Below are positions 22,077 through 32,194 of a DNA stretch of 64,000 bases, one piece after another; positions within the stretch are counted from its first letter, which is position 1; every line of letters starts with the position of its first letter. The position numbers and the translations under genes are program-made. This DNA is from Candidatus Latescibacterota bacterium (GTDB lineage Bacteria > Latescibacterota > UBA2968 > UBA8231): the NCBI GenBank assembly GCA_963422735.1, contig OY730476.1, positions 64,001 to 128,000 of the forward strand, in the 5' to 3' direction. The notes under the pieces were generated by a model. It was not told the DNA's origin and made no database searches. It was given only the letters and a program-made list of their open reading frames with translations.

Positions 22077-23927
22077 GTGAGACAGGTACTGATTCTAGTC
22101 CTGACAGTGTTGGGGATGGGAGCGGGATATCGGGCCGAGGCGCGCCAATTTTACCAACTGGGGGGCCACGCTGGAAACCCTTGGAGTGAAAGCGGCACTC
22201 TGAGTTTCATCGATGTGGCAAAAGTGCCGGGTGCCATCCGCCCGTTTAGTGCCGAAAGCGGTGAGAACTTGATCGCCTCGATGGGCGAGCGAAATGGCGA
22301 CATTACCAGCTTAGTGAGCATTTACACCCTGCCGGCCAATTGGCTAGAAGACCGCGTGTTGGTAGTAGATGGCGATTCGAATACGGCTTTTGTGCATCCG
22401 CCGCGCATCAACTTCTTCCGCGGCCCTGGGTTCTTCTATACTACGCCGATGTTCTTCGATTTGGGGGCCCCATTCCCAATCGAAGAGATCCGCTTTGCAA
22501 CCCGCGCCGATCATCCGGGGCACAAGATCCGCCAATTTAGGCTTTCTATCAACGACGGCAGGGAAGAGAACAAAAACGAAAAAGGAAATCTCATCTGGAC
22601 CTTGGTTCGCGAAGAGAAGGACAACTTAAGCCCAGTCGTCGAACTGGATATCGAACCCCGGATAGCACGCCACGTCTATCTCCATCCCCTCGAAGTGGGG
22701 GAGACCTGGGAAGTGGCCGAGTTCGAAGTGTACGGTCAGGGGTTCGTTCCTCAAGCCTCATTTCTGTCCGACCCGATTGATCTGGGACGGGCATCCAGTT
22801 TGGGACGCATCTGGTGGAGCGGCCAACTTGATTTAGGAGCGAAAGTAGTCATCGAGAGCCGCAGCGGCAGCGATGACCAGCCCGAGGTCTATTGGCGCAA
22901 GACCGGAGTGGGGGGAGAGGAAGTGCCACTGGGAGCCAATGGCCGGCCCATGAGCCGCCAAGAGTATGGAGCTATGCCCCAGAATGTGCGGGGGAGCATT
23001 ACTCAAGATCTGGAAAATTGGAGCGTATGGCACACCTATGAGTATGCGGACGGACTCGCCGGCACCCAGGTTCGATCTCCCAGCCCCCGGCAGTATGTGC
23101 AGTTACACATCGCTTTTTTTTCCGCCAGATTGGAGGGGGGACAGATCGACTCGCTGTTTTTTGAATTTTCCCAACCCCCTATAGTCTCCGAGGCGATTGG
23201 CGAAATCTACCCTTCTTTTGTAGAGTCGGCCGACCCGGTTCGTTTCACCTATGCGGTGCGGACTCGACTGGAGGCAGAGCAATCCGGTTTCAATGTCTTT
23301 GAAGTGCGCACATCCGCCCGTCTGGAGACTATCCACGAGGTGCGCATCGACCGCGAAGTAGTTGGTTTTACCCCAAATTTCGATTCGGCAGCTCCCCACC
23401 AGTTCGCCGTCCAATTTGATCGCATCGACCAAGATCAGACGCTGCTAGAAGTCGATTTCGACGCCCGGGTCTTCAACTACGGAACGACCTTCAGCGGCGC
23501 AGTATCGGATGCGGATAGCGACGAAGTACCCCAAAGCGTGATCCCCGGAGATGCTATGAGTGAGTTGTTGAGCAACGCCTTGAACGTCCGTACGCCCCTC
23601 AAGGGCAGTCTGCTCAGCGCCGTGCAGGTGGTTCCCAACCCGTTCTCACCCAACGGAGATGGCGTCAACGACCAAGTACAGTTCTCCTATACAGTACTGC
23701 GTCTGACCGATGTCGTGCCCCTTGAGACGGAAATCTATACGCTGGCGGGAAACCGAGTGTGCATCTTAGGTGCTGGGGAGGGGGGTAGCGCGCTTTATCA
23801 AACTGCTTGGGACGGGCGGGATGCCCAAGGCGAATTGGTAGCCCCAGGACTATACATTTACCGCGTCGTGGTAGAAGCGGGCAGTGGCCGAGAGGAGCGA
23901 CTGGGGCCTATTGCTCTAGTGTACTGA
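22077..23927 (+). CDS. Exported discoidin-like + FlgD-Ig/CHU_C-like protein (paralog 2)
   Basis: aaggagg RBS + GTG; FFDLGAPFPIEEIRF, EVAEFEVYGQGFVP, PSPRQY, FSPNGDGVND...WDGRD...PGLYI...LVY. Confidence 0.85.
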   Translation: MRQVLILVLTVLGMGAGYRAEARQFYQLGGHAGNPWSESGTLSFIDVAKVPGAIRPFSAESGENLIASMGERNGDITSLVSIYTLPANWLEDRVLVVDGDSNTAFVHPPRINFFRGPGFFYTTPMFFDLGAPFPIEEIRFATRADHPGHKIRQFRLSINDGREENKNEKGNLIWTLVREEKDNLSPVVELDIEPRIARHVYLHPLEVGETWEVAEFEVYGQGFVPQASFLSDPIDLGRASSLGRIWWSGQLDLGAKVVIESRSGSDDQPEVYWRKTGVGGEEVPLGANGRPMSRQEYGAMPQNVRGSITQDLENWSVWHTYEYADGLAGTQVRSPSPRQYVQLHIAFFSARLEGGQIDSLFFEFSQPPIVSEAIGEIYPSFVESADPVRFTYAVRTRLEAEQSGFNVFEVRTSARLETIHEVRIDREVVGFTPNFDSAAPHQFAVQFDRIDQDQTLLEVDFDARVFNYGTTFSGAVSDADSDEVPQSVIPGDAMSELLSNALNVRTPLKGSLLSAVQVVPNPFSPNGDGVNDQVQFSYTVLRLTDVVPLETEIYTLAGNRVCILGAGEGGSALYQTAWDGRDAQGELVAPGLYIYRVVVEAGSGREERLGPIALVY

Positions 23928-23935
23928 TAGAAGAC

Positions 23936-25666
23936 ATGAGCAAAAGAAAACCATGGACTTGGCAAGGATGCGGGCTGGTACTCTTATGGAGTCTCGCGGC
24001 CTGTTCTCCGGATGCAGAAGTCGTCCTCGAACCCGGTGTGGTGGCGCGTATTGATTCCACTTCTATCTCGGCTGCCGAGATGCGCGATTTCGTCGTCCAG
24101 ATGCCCCAGTCCTTGCGCCTTCAGGGACAGGGCGACCCAGTGCGGAAGCGCTACCTGCGCAGCCTGCTGGCCAAGTCCCTACTCGTACTAGAGGCTAAAG
24201 AGCGGGGATTGGATACCGCCTATGTGGTACAGACTGAGGTGATGCAGTACTGGCGCCGGCACTTGGTTGACGCCTATCGCCAACTCGCGCTGGTGCCCAA
24301 CGTGCAGGTTTCTGAGGAGGAGGTACGCGCCTATTTCGCCCACAGTGGCCTAGACCGCAAGCGCCAAATGGCGGGCATTCTGGTGGAAGAGGATAGCACT
24401 GCAAAGCAAATCTATGAGCAACTCAAAGCGGGCGGGGATTTTGCCCAACTGGCCGCCAAATACACCATAGACGAACGGTCGGCTGCCCAAGGGGGCGTAC
24501 TGGGATTCATCGATCTGGAGCAGGCCCGCAGGTTGCAGATTCCAGACGAGATGTTTCGCAGTCTGCCGAGTGGACAGCTATCCTCTATCCTGCCCATGGG
24601 TACGCGCTACCAGATCGTGCGTTTCCTCCAGAACCAGCCCGTTCCGCTAGAGGAGAAACGACAGCAGATTCGCAATATACTCTACGAACGCAAGCGCTTG
24701 GAGCAGGATAGGGCGGAAATCGCGGCCCTCGCCCGCAAACTGGATGTGCAGCTAGTGCCAGAGGGATTAGATCTTCTATTAAATAAAGCGGCACTCCACG
24801 CCCGGGTGCGACTCGCCCATCTGGGCACCGAGGAGGTGAGCCAGCCCCTCTTTACCTATAAGGGGGGGCAGATCTCTCTGGGAGATTACCTCAACGCCCT
24901 GTGGAAGGATATGCGGGCCCTGTCCGGCTGGGGCGTACGGGACAGTGCCGAGGTGGTTGATGCAGCGAGGGAACTCGTTTTGATGCCGGTTTTGTTGGCA
25001 GAGGCGGCGCAGCGGGCCGGGTTAGAGGAGATGGCAGATGGACAACAGCGATTGCAGGAAATACGCACGGAATTCATGATTAAACAGCTACGCCAGGAAG
25101 AGATCATCGACCAATCCGAGGCGAGCGAGGAGGAAGCTAGGGATTTTTACGAGAACAATGAGGAGTTGTTCAGGGAACCGGCCCAATACATCGTTGTTGA
25201 AGTGCTGGTCGAGACCAAGGTGGAAGCCGTCGGTTTGCTGCGCGCGATCGCACAAGGTGCGACCATAGGAACGCTCGCCCAAAAGCACACCATCCGCCCT
25301 AATATGAAGAAAGAAGATGGCTTGCTGCATCTGGGCGAGTACGAGCGTTTGACCCTGCCGCGGCTCTTCAAAGCAATAAAGGCGGCCGATCTCAACAAAA
25401 TCGCCGGCCCGGAGCACGTAGAAGGAGGATATAGCATTTTCAAAGTTCTCAACCGCCAGGGAGGGGAATTATCTCCCTTTTTTCAAGTCGAGAAAAAGGC
25501 GCGGGCTTTGGTGCGCGGACAGAAGCGAGAGCAACTGTTCGAGGAACTGGTCGATGGCCTGCTGGATAAGTACAAAGAGCGGATCGCCGTATCTGACAGC
25601 GCATTGGCGGCGGCTCTACCCGATGCGTTCCTACAGCGCCAATCAAGGGCGACGGTTAGTAAATAG
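23936..25666 (+). CDS. Lipoprotein with two parvulin/rotamase domains (SurA/PrsA-like chaperone)
   Basis: Lipobox LAAC; GGDFAQLAAKYTID..SAAQGGVLG and GATIGTLAQKHTIR repeats; SurA-N-like helices. Confidence 0.85.
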   Translation: MSKRKPWTWQGCGLVLLWSLAACSPDAEVVLEPGVVARIDSTSISAAEMRDFVVQMPQSLRLQGQGDPVRKRYLRSLLAKSLLVLEAKERGLDTAYVVQTEVMQYWRRHLVDAYRQLALVPNVQVSEEEVRAYFAHSGLDRKRQMAGILVEEDSTAKQIYEQLKAGGDFAQLAAKYTIDERSAAQGGVLGFIDLEQARRLQIPDEMFRSLPSGQLSSILPMGTRYQIVRFLQNQPVPLEEKRQQIRNILYERKRLEQDRAEIAALARKLDVQLVPEGLDLLLNKAALHARVRLAHLGTEEVSQPLFTYKGGQISLGDYLNALWKDMRALSGWGVRDSAEVVDAARELVLMPVLLAEAAQRAGLEEMADGQQRLQEIRTEFMIKQLRQEEIIDQSEASEEEARDFYENNEELFREPAQYIVVEVLVETKVEAVGLLRAIAQGATIGTLAQKHTIRPNMKKEDGLLHLGEYERLTLPRLFKAIKAADLNKIAGPEHVEGGYSIFKVLNRQGGELSPFFQVEKKARALVRGQKREQLFEELVDGLLDKYKERIAVSDSALAAALPDAFLQRQSRATVSK

Positions 25667-25699
25667 ATACGTAAATACGTCTTATCGGGATGATAGGTT

Positions 25700-28384
25700 A
25701 TGGAACGCCGCTTGCCTTTGCAGTACTCGATGATTTCGGAGACGACCGCTTTGTCCACGGTGCTCTGTTTTGTAGCCCTTTTTCTCCCTGTGGCCCTAAA
25801 CGGGGTATGGGCCCAGGCGAGGGGTTACAGTCTGGGCGAGGACCGGGTGGAGGTGCGGACTCAGGCGCATTGGCAGGCCTGGGACTTTCCGAGGGATATG
25901 GTGACCGCAACGCCGTCTGGCTCGGTGCAGGCCAAATTTATACAAGTACCGCACAACGCCATATTGAATGCGGCAGACTTCAGCTATCCCATTGATGGCA
26001 GCCTGCGCGATCAGTACGCCAATTCGTTCCAAGATGAGAATAACACTCTGCTAGCGCGCGGCGGTATCAAAAGGGCTGGTTCAAATCCGCAGCTAGCGGA
26101 GCGGGCCATTGACGCAGATCCGACTACAGCTTGGGAGCCGGATCCGGCCGATCCCCTGAGGGACTGGGTGTTGGAGATTGATCTTGGCCGTCTGGTGTCG
26201 GCTACCAAGGTCGTTGTACGCTTTGCCGAAGAAGGGGATCCGTTTCTGCAATTCAGAGTACATTCGGCAGGAGGGCAAAACCCCTTTGGCACGGCTGACC
26301 GCAGCGGTGCCTTGGACTACACCCTAGTTGGCAGCACTACCCAGCCCAATCGCGACCAGCGAGTCTTTGAGTTCGACCTCGCACCACTGGGGCCCCATAC
26401 AGAAGAGTGGACCGGCCGCATTGTGCAGTACCTGCGCGTCGCGGTCACGGCCACCAATGGCGAGCGGGCGCGACAGCTTTCTGTCGAGGATTATCAGGCG
26501 TTGGCAGCAGAGAACCAAGGCGCTGTGGAATACGTCTGGAAAATCGCCGGCGAAGAGCGTCTAGTAACGGCCGAGCGCTACGACCAGTTGCCATTTGAGC
26601 AGCAGGGCGGGGTGCGCTATTACCGCCGCGAACGGCCCCAACTCGCCGAGGTGGAGGTATGGACTATAGGCGAGAACATCGCCTTGGGGATCGTAGAGCG
26701 CGGAGGTAATTTACACGACGTCAATCCCAATTCTTCGCCCGAACTTGCCGTTGACGGCAACGTGCGCACCGAGTGGCAGGGCATGGTTTACTTTCCCACC
26801 GGAGAGACCGCCGAGTGGGGTCTGTTGAACGTAAATCTGGGCTCCCACTTCTTGGTCCATGCCGTGCGCATCATTACCCGCGTCGGAGGAAGAAACCTGA
26901 CTGGTTATCTATTGCGCGGTTCGGACGGCTCGCTGGCACCCGATGGCAGTTTGATCTGGGAGGAATTGAGTGGTGAGACGCGGCAGCTAAACCAGAATAC
27001 GCGGCTGTTTGAGGATCGCTTTGCGCCGCGTCCGATACGCTTTCTGGAATTCCGCAACCTAGATATTGCCCGCCGCACTAGGGCCCATGAAGGGCACCGG
27101 ATACTGAGCACAGTGACCGAAATCCAAGTCTTCGCCAACGGGCACTTGCCGATCCTCGAAATGACTTCCGACCTCATTGATTTGGAGAGCTCCAAGACAC
27201 TGACTACCATCGAATGGGAAGCTAATACCCCCTCGGGCACGGCGGTGGAGATCCGCACCCGGACGGGAAACGATCTGCGCGAAGTAAACCGCTATTTCAA
27301 AAAAGACGGTACGGAAGTAGCCAATAAAGAAGAGTACGAAGATCAGCCGTCTTTCTTCAGGGGGGAGATCCTTACCGAGTTCTTGCCGGGACCGGGCTGG
27401 AGCAACTGGAGTCAAGTCTATGTCAAACCGGGCGAAGTCGTACGTTCCCCCAATCCCCGGCGCTATATGATGATCCAGACGAGACTGCTCAGTGAAGACG
27501 CGGCCGTAGCCGCCAGCCTGCAGTCGATCCAAGTCCATTTCACAGCGCCGCTGGTGGAGCGCATCGCTGGGGAAATAGGGCCCAAGCGGAATGTCCCCCT
27601 CGGCGAACTCACCGATTTCGACCTCTTCATCCGCCCCTCCTTCGCTGCTCGAGACCCGGGATTCGACCGCATCCGTCTCGTAGCGCCTTCGCAAGCGAAT
27701 ATCGAACTGCGCCAAGTGAGTTTGGGAGACGAAAGCGAATTTACCGCCGGAAACGAGGAAATATTTGCCGAAGTGGCAAAAGGCCGTTTTGAGAATGGGG
27801 CGGGGGAGGAATTGGAATTGACCAAGGTAGCAAGTGACACGCTGCAACTCGGCTTGCCAAGAATACTGCGGCGAGGCAGTGCGGATATTGTGCGGCTCTC
27901 TTTTTCGTCGCGCGTTTTCCTCAGCGGTGCCACTTTTGTAGCCGAAGTTGGGCGTTCGACGCAAGCGAACAACTGGCAGAGGGTGGATCCAGCAGACCCG
28001 GTGGGAGACGAATTGGCCGCTGGTGAGGGGTTGACCGTATTGACGATAGATCGCCGCGGGCAGATCGGGACAATCGAGGTAGATCCCGCCACTTTTACCC
28101 CAAATGGCGACGGCATCAACGATGCGGCGGTCCTTTCTTTTTTCGTACTCAAAGTCAATGTAGCCCGGCAAGTAGCGGTGGATTTCTACGACTTGGCAGG
28201 CAGGAAAGTGAGGTGCCTTTCTGAGAAGCGCGATATGGCGAACGGGCTGTATCGCCTTGTCTGGGATGGACGGGATGAAGGAGGAACTTTAGTATCCCCG
28301 GGCTTTTACATCGCCCGTATTGAGGTAGATGACGACGCGGGGGATGCCAACTCCGCTGCTCGCCTAGTTGGGGTGGCGTATTGA
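25700..28384 (+). CDS. Exported protein, two discoidin-like domains + FlgD-Ig/CHU_C-like domain (paralog 3)
   Basis: Signal peptide; AIDADPTTAW..LEIDLGRLV, AVDGNVRTEW..NLGSHF, PNPRRY, FTPNGDGIND...YDLAGRKVR...WDGRD...PGFYI...VAY. Confidence 0.85.
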   Translation: MERRLPLQYSMISETTALSTVLCFVALFLPVALNGVWAQARGYSLGEDRVEVRTQAHWQAWDFPRDMVTATPSGSVQAKFIQVPHNAILNAADFSYPIDGSLRDQYANSFQDENNTLLARGGIKRAGSNPQLAERAIDADPTTAWEPDPADPLRDWVLEIDLGRLVSATKVVVRFAEEGDPFLQFRVHSAGGQNPFGTADRSGALDYTLVGSTTQPNRDQRVFEFDLAPLGPHTEEWTGRIVQYLRVAVTATNGERARQLSVEDYQALAAENQGAVEYVWKIAGEERLVTAERYDQLPFEQQGGVRYYRRERPQLAEVEVWTIGENIALGIVERGGNLHDVNPNSSPELAVDGNVRTEWQGMVYFPTGETAEWGLLNVNLGSHFLVHAVRIITRVGGRNLTGYLLRGSDGSLAPDGSLIWEELSGETRQLNQNTRLFEDRFAPRPIRFLEFRNLDIARRTRAHEGHRILSTVTEIQVFANGHLPILEMTSDLIDLESSKTLTTIEWEANTPSGTAVEIRTRTGNDLREVNRYFKKDGTEVANKEEYEDQPSFFRGEILTEFLPGPGWSNWSQVYVKPGEVVRSPNPRRYMMIQTRLLSEDAAVAASLQSIQVHFTAPLVERIAGEIGPKRNVPLGELTDFDLFIRPSFAARDPGFDRIRLVAPSQANIELRQVSLGDESEFTAGNEEIFAEVAKGRFENGAGEELELTKVASDTLQLGLPRILRRGSADIVRLSFSSRVFLSGATFVAEVGRSTQANNWQRVDPADPVGDELAAGEGLTVLTIDRRGQIGTIEVDPATFTPNGDGINDAAVLSFFVLKVNVARQVAVDFYDLAGRKVRCLSEKRDMANGLYRLVWDGRDEGGTLVSPGFYIARIEVDDDAGDANSAARLVGVAY

Positions 28385-28464
28385 CTTTTGCGATCCGCTG
28401 ACGGTCGTACAACAAGGTGGCTTCTCACAGGACCAAGTCTGTTCCTCGTCTCCACGCGGCTCCG

Positions 28465-30189
28465 CTACTCGTATAGCTCCACTGCAGTCTCACCCCGGGC
28501 AAAGCGCTGCGCTGTCTGCACGGCCGACTGGCTCCCCGTATTGCGCCGCACATCCGTAGCCCAGCGAGCCAGCCCCACCAGCAACTGTCCCCGCGCCGGA
28601 TGACCGGCGCAACGGCTCCATTCCTCGCTGATTATGCGCAAGCCGTGCAGCAAATCCCAGCCATTGTCGTCCTTGAGGATGGTCTGGCCCAATTCGCGCA
28701 GCAGACAGTCTCCATCAAAGCCGCGGTGTAAGTACTCGCGCACCAAGCGGCCCACCTCGCGGATCTGGATGGCCTCAATCGCTTCTATTACCTCGGCTAG
28801 GGCTTCGCCTTGGCCAGCGGACGCCTCTTCTGGGGCCGGGTGTGCTCTCAGGGGACGGGGCGCGATATTGAGCCAGCGGTTTTCAAAGAATTGCCAAGCT
28901 GCATGGTACAAGGCTCGGGCCGCCACTTGGTCCCCGGCGCAGCGCCGAGCCGTGCGCACGGACGCGACTAGAATCAATTCGCGGTTCAGATCGAACCAAC
29001 CAGGGCTCATATTTACAGGTGTGCGGGCCATGCGGTCAGCCGCCAGCAGCACCATGGTGGAGACTACCTGCTCGATATCGGCCCCCGCTTTTAGCACCCG
29101 GGTTACTGCGCCAAAGATCTCTTCCAGATCGCCGCTGACCAAGCCGGCAGCTAGCTGATCCGAGTCGAAATCCCCCGAACCGGACGCGTACTGGGCGACC
29201 ACCGGTTCCACCCCGATGAACAAATCTATGGCCTCCCGACGGGCCTCGTGAGGGGCCGGCCGATTCCGGCCCAGCATTTTGGCGGCCAAATTGCACACCA
29301 AGAGTTGAGAGCGGTCCCAGCCGAATTCCTCTAGCAACTCGGCCAGATAGCCCAAGTGGATCAGATTCTCGGTCATGCCCAGCAAGTAAGGCTCGACCGC
29401 GCACTCGTACAACAGCGGCACAATGCGGTCGTCGCAGCCGCCCAAATGCCGAGCGGTTACTAGGCACTTCTCAATGCCCTCCCAGGTCTTGTCGGCGCTG
29501 AAGACGCGGATCCAGCGGGCCAGTTTGTCCCAGTTTATCGGCTGCGGCAGCGGGTGGATCTGGGGGCGGTCTCCGGCCCGGCCCGCCGCCCCCGAGGCCG
29601 CCATCATCAGCGGGATGAGGCGGTCAGCCGGCTCGTACAGGCGGGCTACCTTTACGCCGTTGACTAGCAGGGCCACATCCCGGCCTCCGTCGGGCCCCCG
29701 CTCGGTGGCGATAAAGCGGCCCATGTGCTCTACTAGCAGGTGCAGCGTCTCATCCTCAGAGACCCCCCGGGCCAGCAGAATGGCGATGGCTTTGGACAGG
29801 GTCCAATTGTCGCCGCTGAGTAGTCCTTCCTTCAGGAGCAGGAAGTGGACGTCTCCGCTCTTGGAGTTGGCGCCGGCCACATTGACGAATATCTGACCGT
29901 CGCGCTCTTCCACCGGATAGGTGTCCAGATCGTCGCAGCCCCCGGTGAAGCAGCCGCCGCCCCGCATGTCGTAGCTCCAGCCGTGCCAGTCGCAGGTGAG
30001 TACGCCATTGCGCACTCGGCCCCGGGTGAGGGGGTATCCCATGTGCGGACATTGGTTGTCCGTGGCGTACAAGGTGCCTTGGTGGCGAAACAGAGCCACG
30101 CTGCGGCCCTCGATCCGCACCGCCTTGGGCCGCCCTTCCTCCACCTCGTCGGCGCGGACCACAGGTACAAAAGTCGTTTGTTCGGACAT
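28465..30189 (-). CDS. Rieske [2Fe-2S] domain + long helical domain protein (paralog B)
   Basis: NQCPHMGYPL...LTCDWHGW Rieske motif; ATG 30189 after aggag. Confidence 0.88.
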   Translation of the reverse strand: MSEQTTFVPVVRADEVEEGRPKAVRIEGRSVALFRHQGTLYATDNQCPHMGYPLTRGRVRNGVLTCDWHGWSYDMRGGGCFTGGCDDLDTYPVEERDGQIFVNVAGANSKSGDVHFLLLKEGLLSGDNWTLSKAIAILLARGVSEDETLHLLVEHMGRFIATERGPDGGRDVALLVNGVKVARLYEPADRLIPLMMAASGAAGRAGDRPQIHPLPQPINWDKLARWIRVFSADKTWEGIEKCLVTARHLGGCDDRIVPLLYECAVEPYLLGMTENLIHLGYLAELLEEFGWDRSQLLVCNLAAKMLGRNRPAPHEARREAIDLFIGVEPVVAQYASGSGDFDSDQLAAGLVSGDLEEIFGAVTRVLKAGADIEQVVSTMVLLAADRMARTPVNMSPGWFDLNRELILVASVRTARRCAGDQVAARALYHAAWQFFENRWLNIAPRPLRAHPAPEEASAGQGEALAEVIEAIEAIQIREVGRLVREYLHRGFDGDCLLRELGQTILKDDNGWDLLHGLRIISEEWSRCAGHPARGQLLVGLARWATDVRRNTGSQSAVQTAQRFARGETAVELYE

Positions 30190-30199
30190 GGCTTTCTCC

Positions 30200-31930
30200 T
30201 TAATCCTCAAAGATATCTACGGTCGTATGCCCTTGGGCAAAGCGCAGGGCCGCACGTGCGGCCGAGCCGCTGTCTTTGTTCGTGCGCACATCTGTGGCAA
30301 AGCGGGCTAGCCCCGCCAAAATCTGCAGCCGGGCCGGGTGGTCGCTTGCGGCAAAGCGCTCCCACTCCGCGAAAACGGTCCCCAGCGTGGGGAGTAGCTG
30401 ATGGGCTGTGTCGTCCCACAAGATGGCCCGGCCCATAGCCTCTATCAGAGGCTCCCCTAAGTGACCGGACAGGCCATAGGCCAAGACGCGGGGGCCTACC
30501 TCTTGGACATTGAGCGCCTGGATGGCCTCCACAATGGACGCCGGATCCTCTGCGGTCGCCGAGGTGGTCAGAGGCTCACTCAGGGGGCGGTAGGGAATGT
30601 TGAGCCAGCGGTCGTCGAAAAACTGCCAAGCCGCGTGGACCAGCCCCCGAGCCGCGGCCGCGGGACCTCCGTAGTGCCGCACAGTGCGCAGGGCCGCGGC
30701 CAAGTTGAATTCTCGGGTGAGACAGGGCCAGCCCGCCTCCACGTTCACCGGCACCCGGGCCATGCGGTCGGCCGCCAGCAACAGGCAGGTATCGATGAGA
30801 CGGTCGAGACTAACTCCGGCCTCTATTTGCTGAGTCAAGGATCCAAAAGCGGTCTCCAAGTCGGCGCTCACTAGGGCCTTGACCAAGCCGTCTTCGTCGT
30901 AGGGGACCTCTGGATCGCCAGCTTGGGCTTGGGATAAGACCGGCTCCATGTTGCTCATAAGGGCCATGGCGTCTCTGCGGAAGCGCTCAGGCTCACCGCG
31001 ACCGCGACCCACTAGTTTAGCCCCTAAGTTGAAAACCAACTCCCCGGCCTGATCCCAGCCGAATTCCTCCTGTACCCGGGCTAGGTGGTCCAGCCAGATG
31101 ATGTGGTCGGCAAAACCGAGAAAGTAGGGGGCTGTCGCGCAGTCGAAAAGCAGGGGCAGGATCCGCTCCTGATGCCCTGCGTGGCCCGCGGTGAATAGGC
31201 AGCGCTCAATGCGCCCAGCCTGACCGTCGCGGGAAAAAGTGCGCACCCAACGCGCAATGGAGGCCCAATCGACTGGATCGGGTAAAGGTACCACATCCAA
31301 CCGCTCGGCCGCTCCTCCGGCCGCGGCTCCGGCCGCAGTGGTCAGGGCGATCAGGCGATCCGCTCCCTCGTAGTGCCGCCCTATTTGGAGGCCGGACAGC
31401 AGGAGTACCACGTCTTGGCCTCCCTCGGCCCCGTGGGAGCTGGCGATGTGACGGCCTAGGTGGCGCACGACCAACTCCACGATATCGTCTTGGGGCACGT
31501 CGCCGCGCAACAGCAGGGCAATGGCCTTGGATTGGGTCCAGCGGTCGCAACTCAACAGGCCCTCCCACAGGAGATTCAGGTGCTCCTCGCGCCGCCGGTA
31601 GTCCAACTCGGGCACCTCGACCCAGATATCGGGCCCGCGCACCTCCACTGCAAAAGTCTGCAGATCGTCGCACTCGCGATTAAAACAACCGCCGCCCTCT
31701 AAATCGAAACTGCGGCCGTGCCAGTCGCAGGTGAGCACCCCGTGCCGCACCACTCCGCGCACTAGCGGGTAGCCCATGTGGGGGCATTGGTTGTCGGTAG
31801 CGTAGATCTTTTCTCCTTCGTTGAACAAAGCAATGCTGCGCTCGTGGCCCAACCGCACTGCCCGGGCTTGGCCCGGCGGCACGGCTGCGAGCTGGGCAGC
31901 GTTTACCCACTGCGTTTTCTGTGCGGACAT
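30200..31930 (-). CDS. Rieske [2Fe-2S] domain + long helical domain protein (paralog A)
   Basis: NQCPHMGYPL...LTCDWHGR; colinear with paralog B to the C-terminus (RFAxGxTxV.I/L.E). Confidence 0.88.
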   Translation of the reverse strand: MSAQKTQWVNAAQLAAVPPGQARAVRLGHERSIALFNEGEKIYATDNQCPHMGYPLVRGVVRHGVLTCDWHGRSFDLEGGGCFNRECDDLQTFAVEVRGPDIWVEVPELDYRRREEHLNLLWEGLLSCDRWTQSKAIALLLRGDVPQDDIVELVVRHLGRHIASSHGAEGGQDVVLLLSGLQIGRHYEGADRLIALTTAAGAAAGGAAERLDVVPLPDPVDWASIARWVRTFSRDGQAGRIERCLFTAGHAGHQERILPLLFDCATAPYFLGFADHIIWLDHLARVQEEFGWDQAGELVFNLGAKLVGRGRGEPERFRRDAMALMSNMEPVLSQAQAGDPEVPYDEDGLVKALVSADLETAFGSLTQQIEAGVSLDRLIDTCLLLAADRMARVPVNVEAGWPCLTREFNLAAALRTVRHYGGPAAAARGLVHAAWQFFDDRWLNIPYRPLSEPLTTSATAEDPASIVEAIQALNVQEVGPRVLAYGLSGHLGEPLIEAMGRAILWDDTAHQLLPTLGTVFAEWERFAASDHPARLQILAGLARFATDVRTNKDSGSAARAALRFAQGHTTVDIFED

Positions 31931-31993
31931 GACACCTCCTCTCTGGGGTAGGTTGGGGATAAGCGTTTGCTTTAGTCGGTTTTCTCTCGAACA

Positions 31994-32022
31994 AGAGTAC
32001 TGAACAAATGTTTAGTTGTCAA
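31994..32022 (-). promoter_or_regulatory. sigma70 promoter with a palindromic operator in the spacer, upstream of the Rieske pair
   Basis: Minus strand TTGACA, 17 nt, TACTCT; imperfect palindrome ACTGAACAAATGTTTAGT at 31999-32016. Confidence 0.75.
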
Positions 32023-32194
32023 GGGATGAAACGCAAAGGAAATGGCCCGCGTAAGAAGTGAGTTTTGAGGGCCTGTTTTGGCTTTTGCTCGGGGGACCAA
32101 GCCGGAACAACGTCTCCATCAAACGATGCTTCTCTATAGAAAATGGCGAAACTTGCACAACGTCGTCTCATTTAGAATGCCGTATAAATCCCTC

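Noticed and set aside
16211-28384. Flagellar (FlgD) or prophage structural locus
   Set aside because: Only the generic C-terminal Ig-like tail resembles FlgD. All the proteins have Sec or lipoprotein signals, and no flagellar or phage hallmark genes are present.
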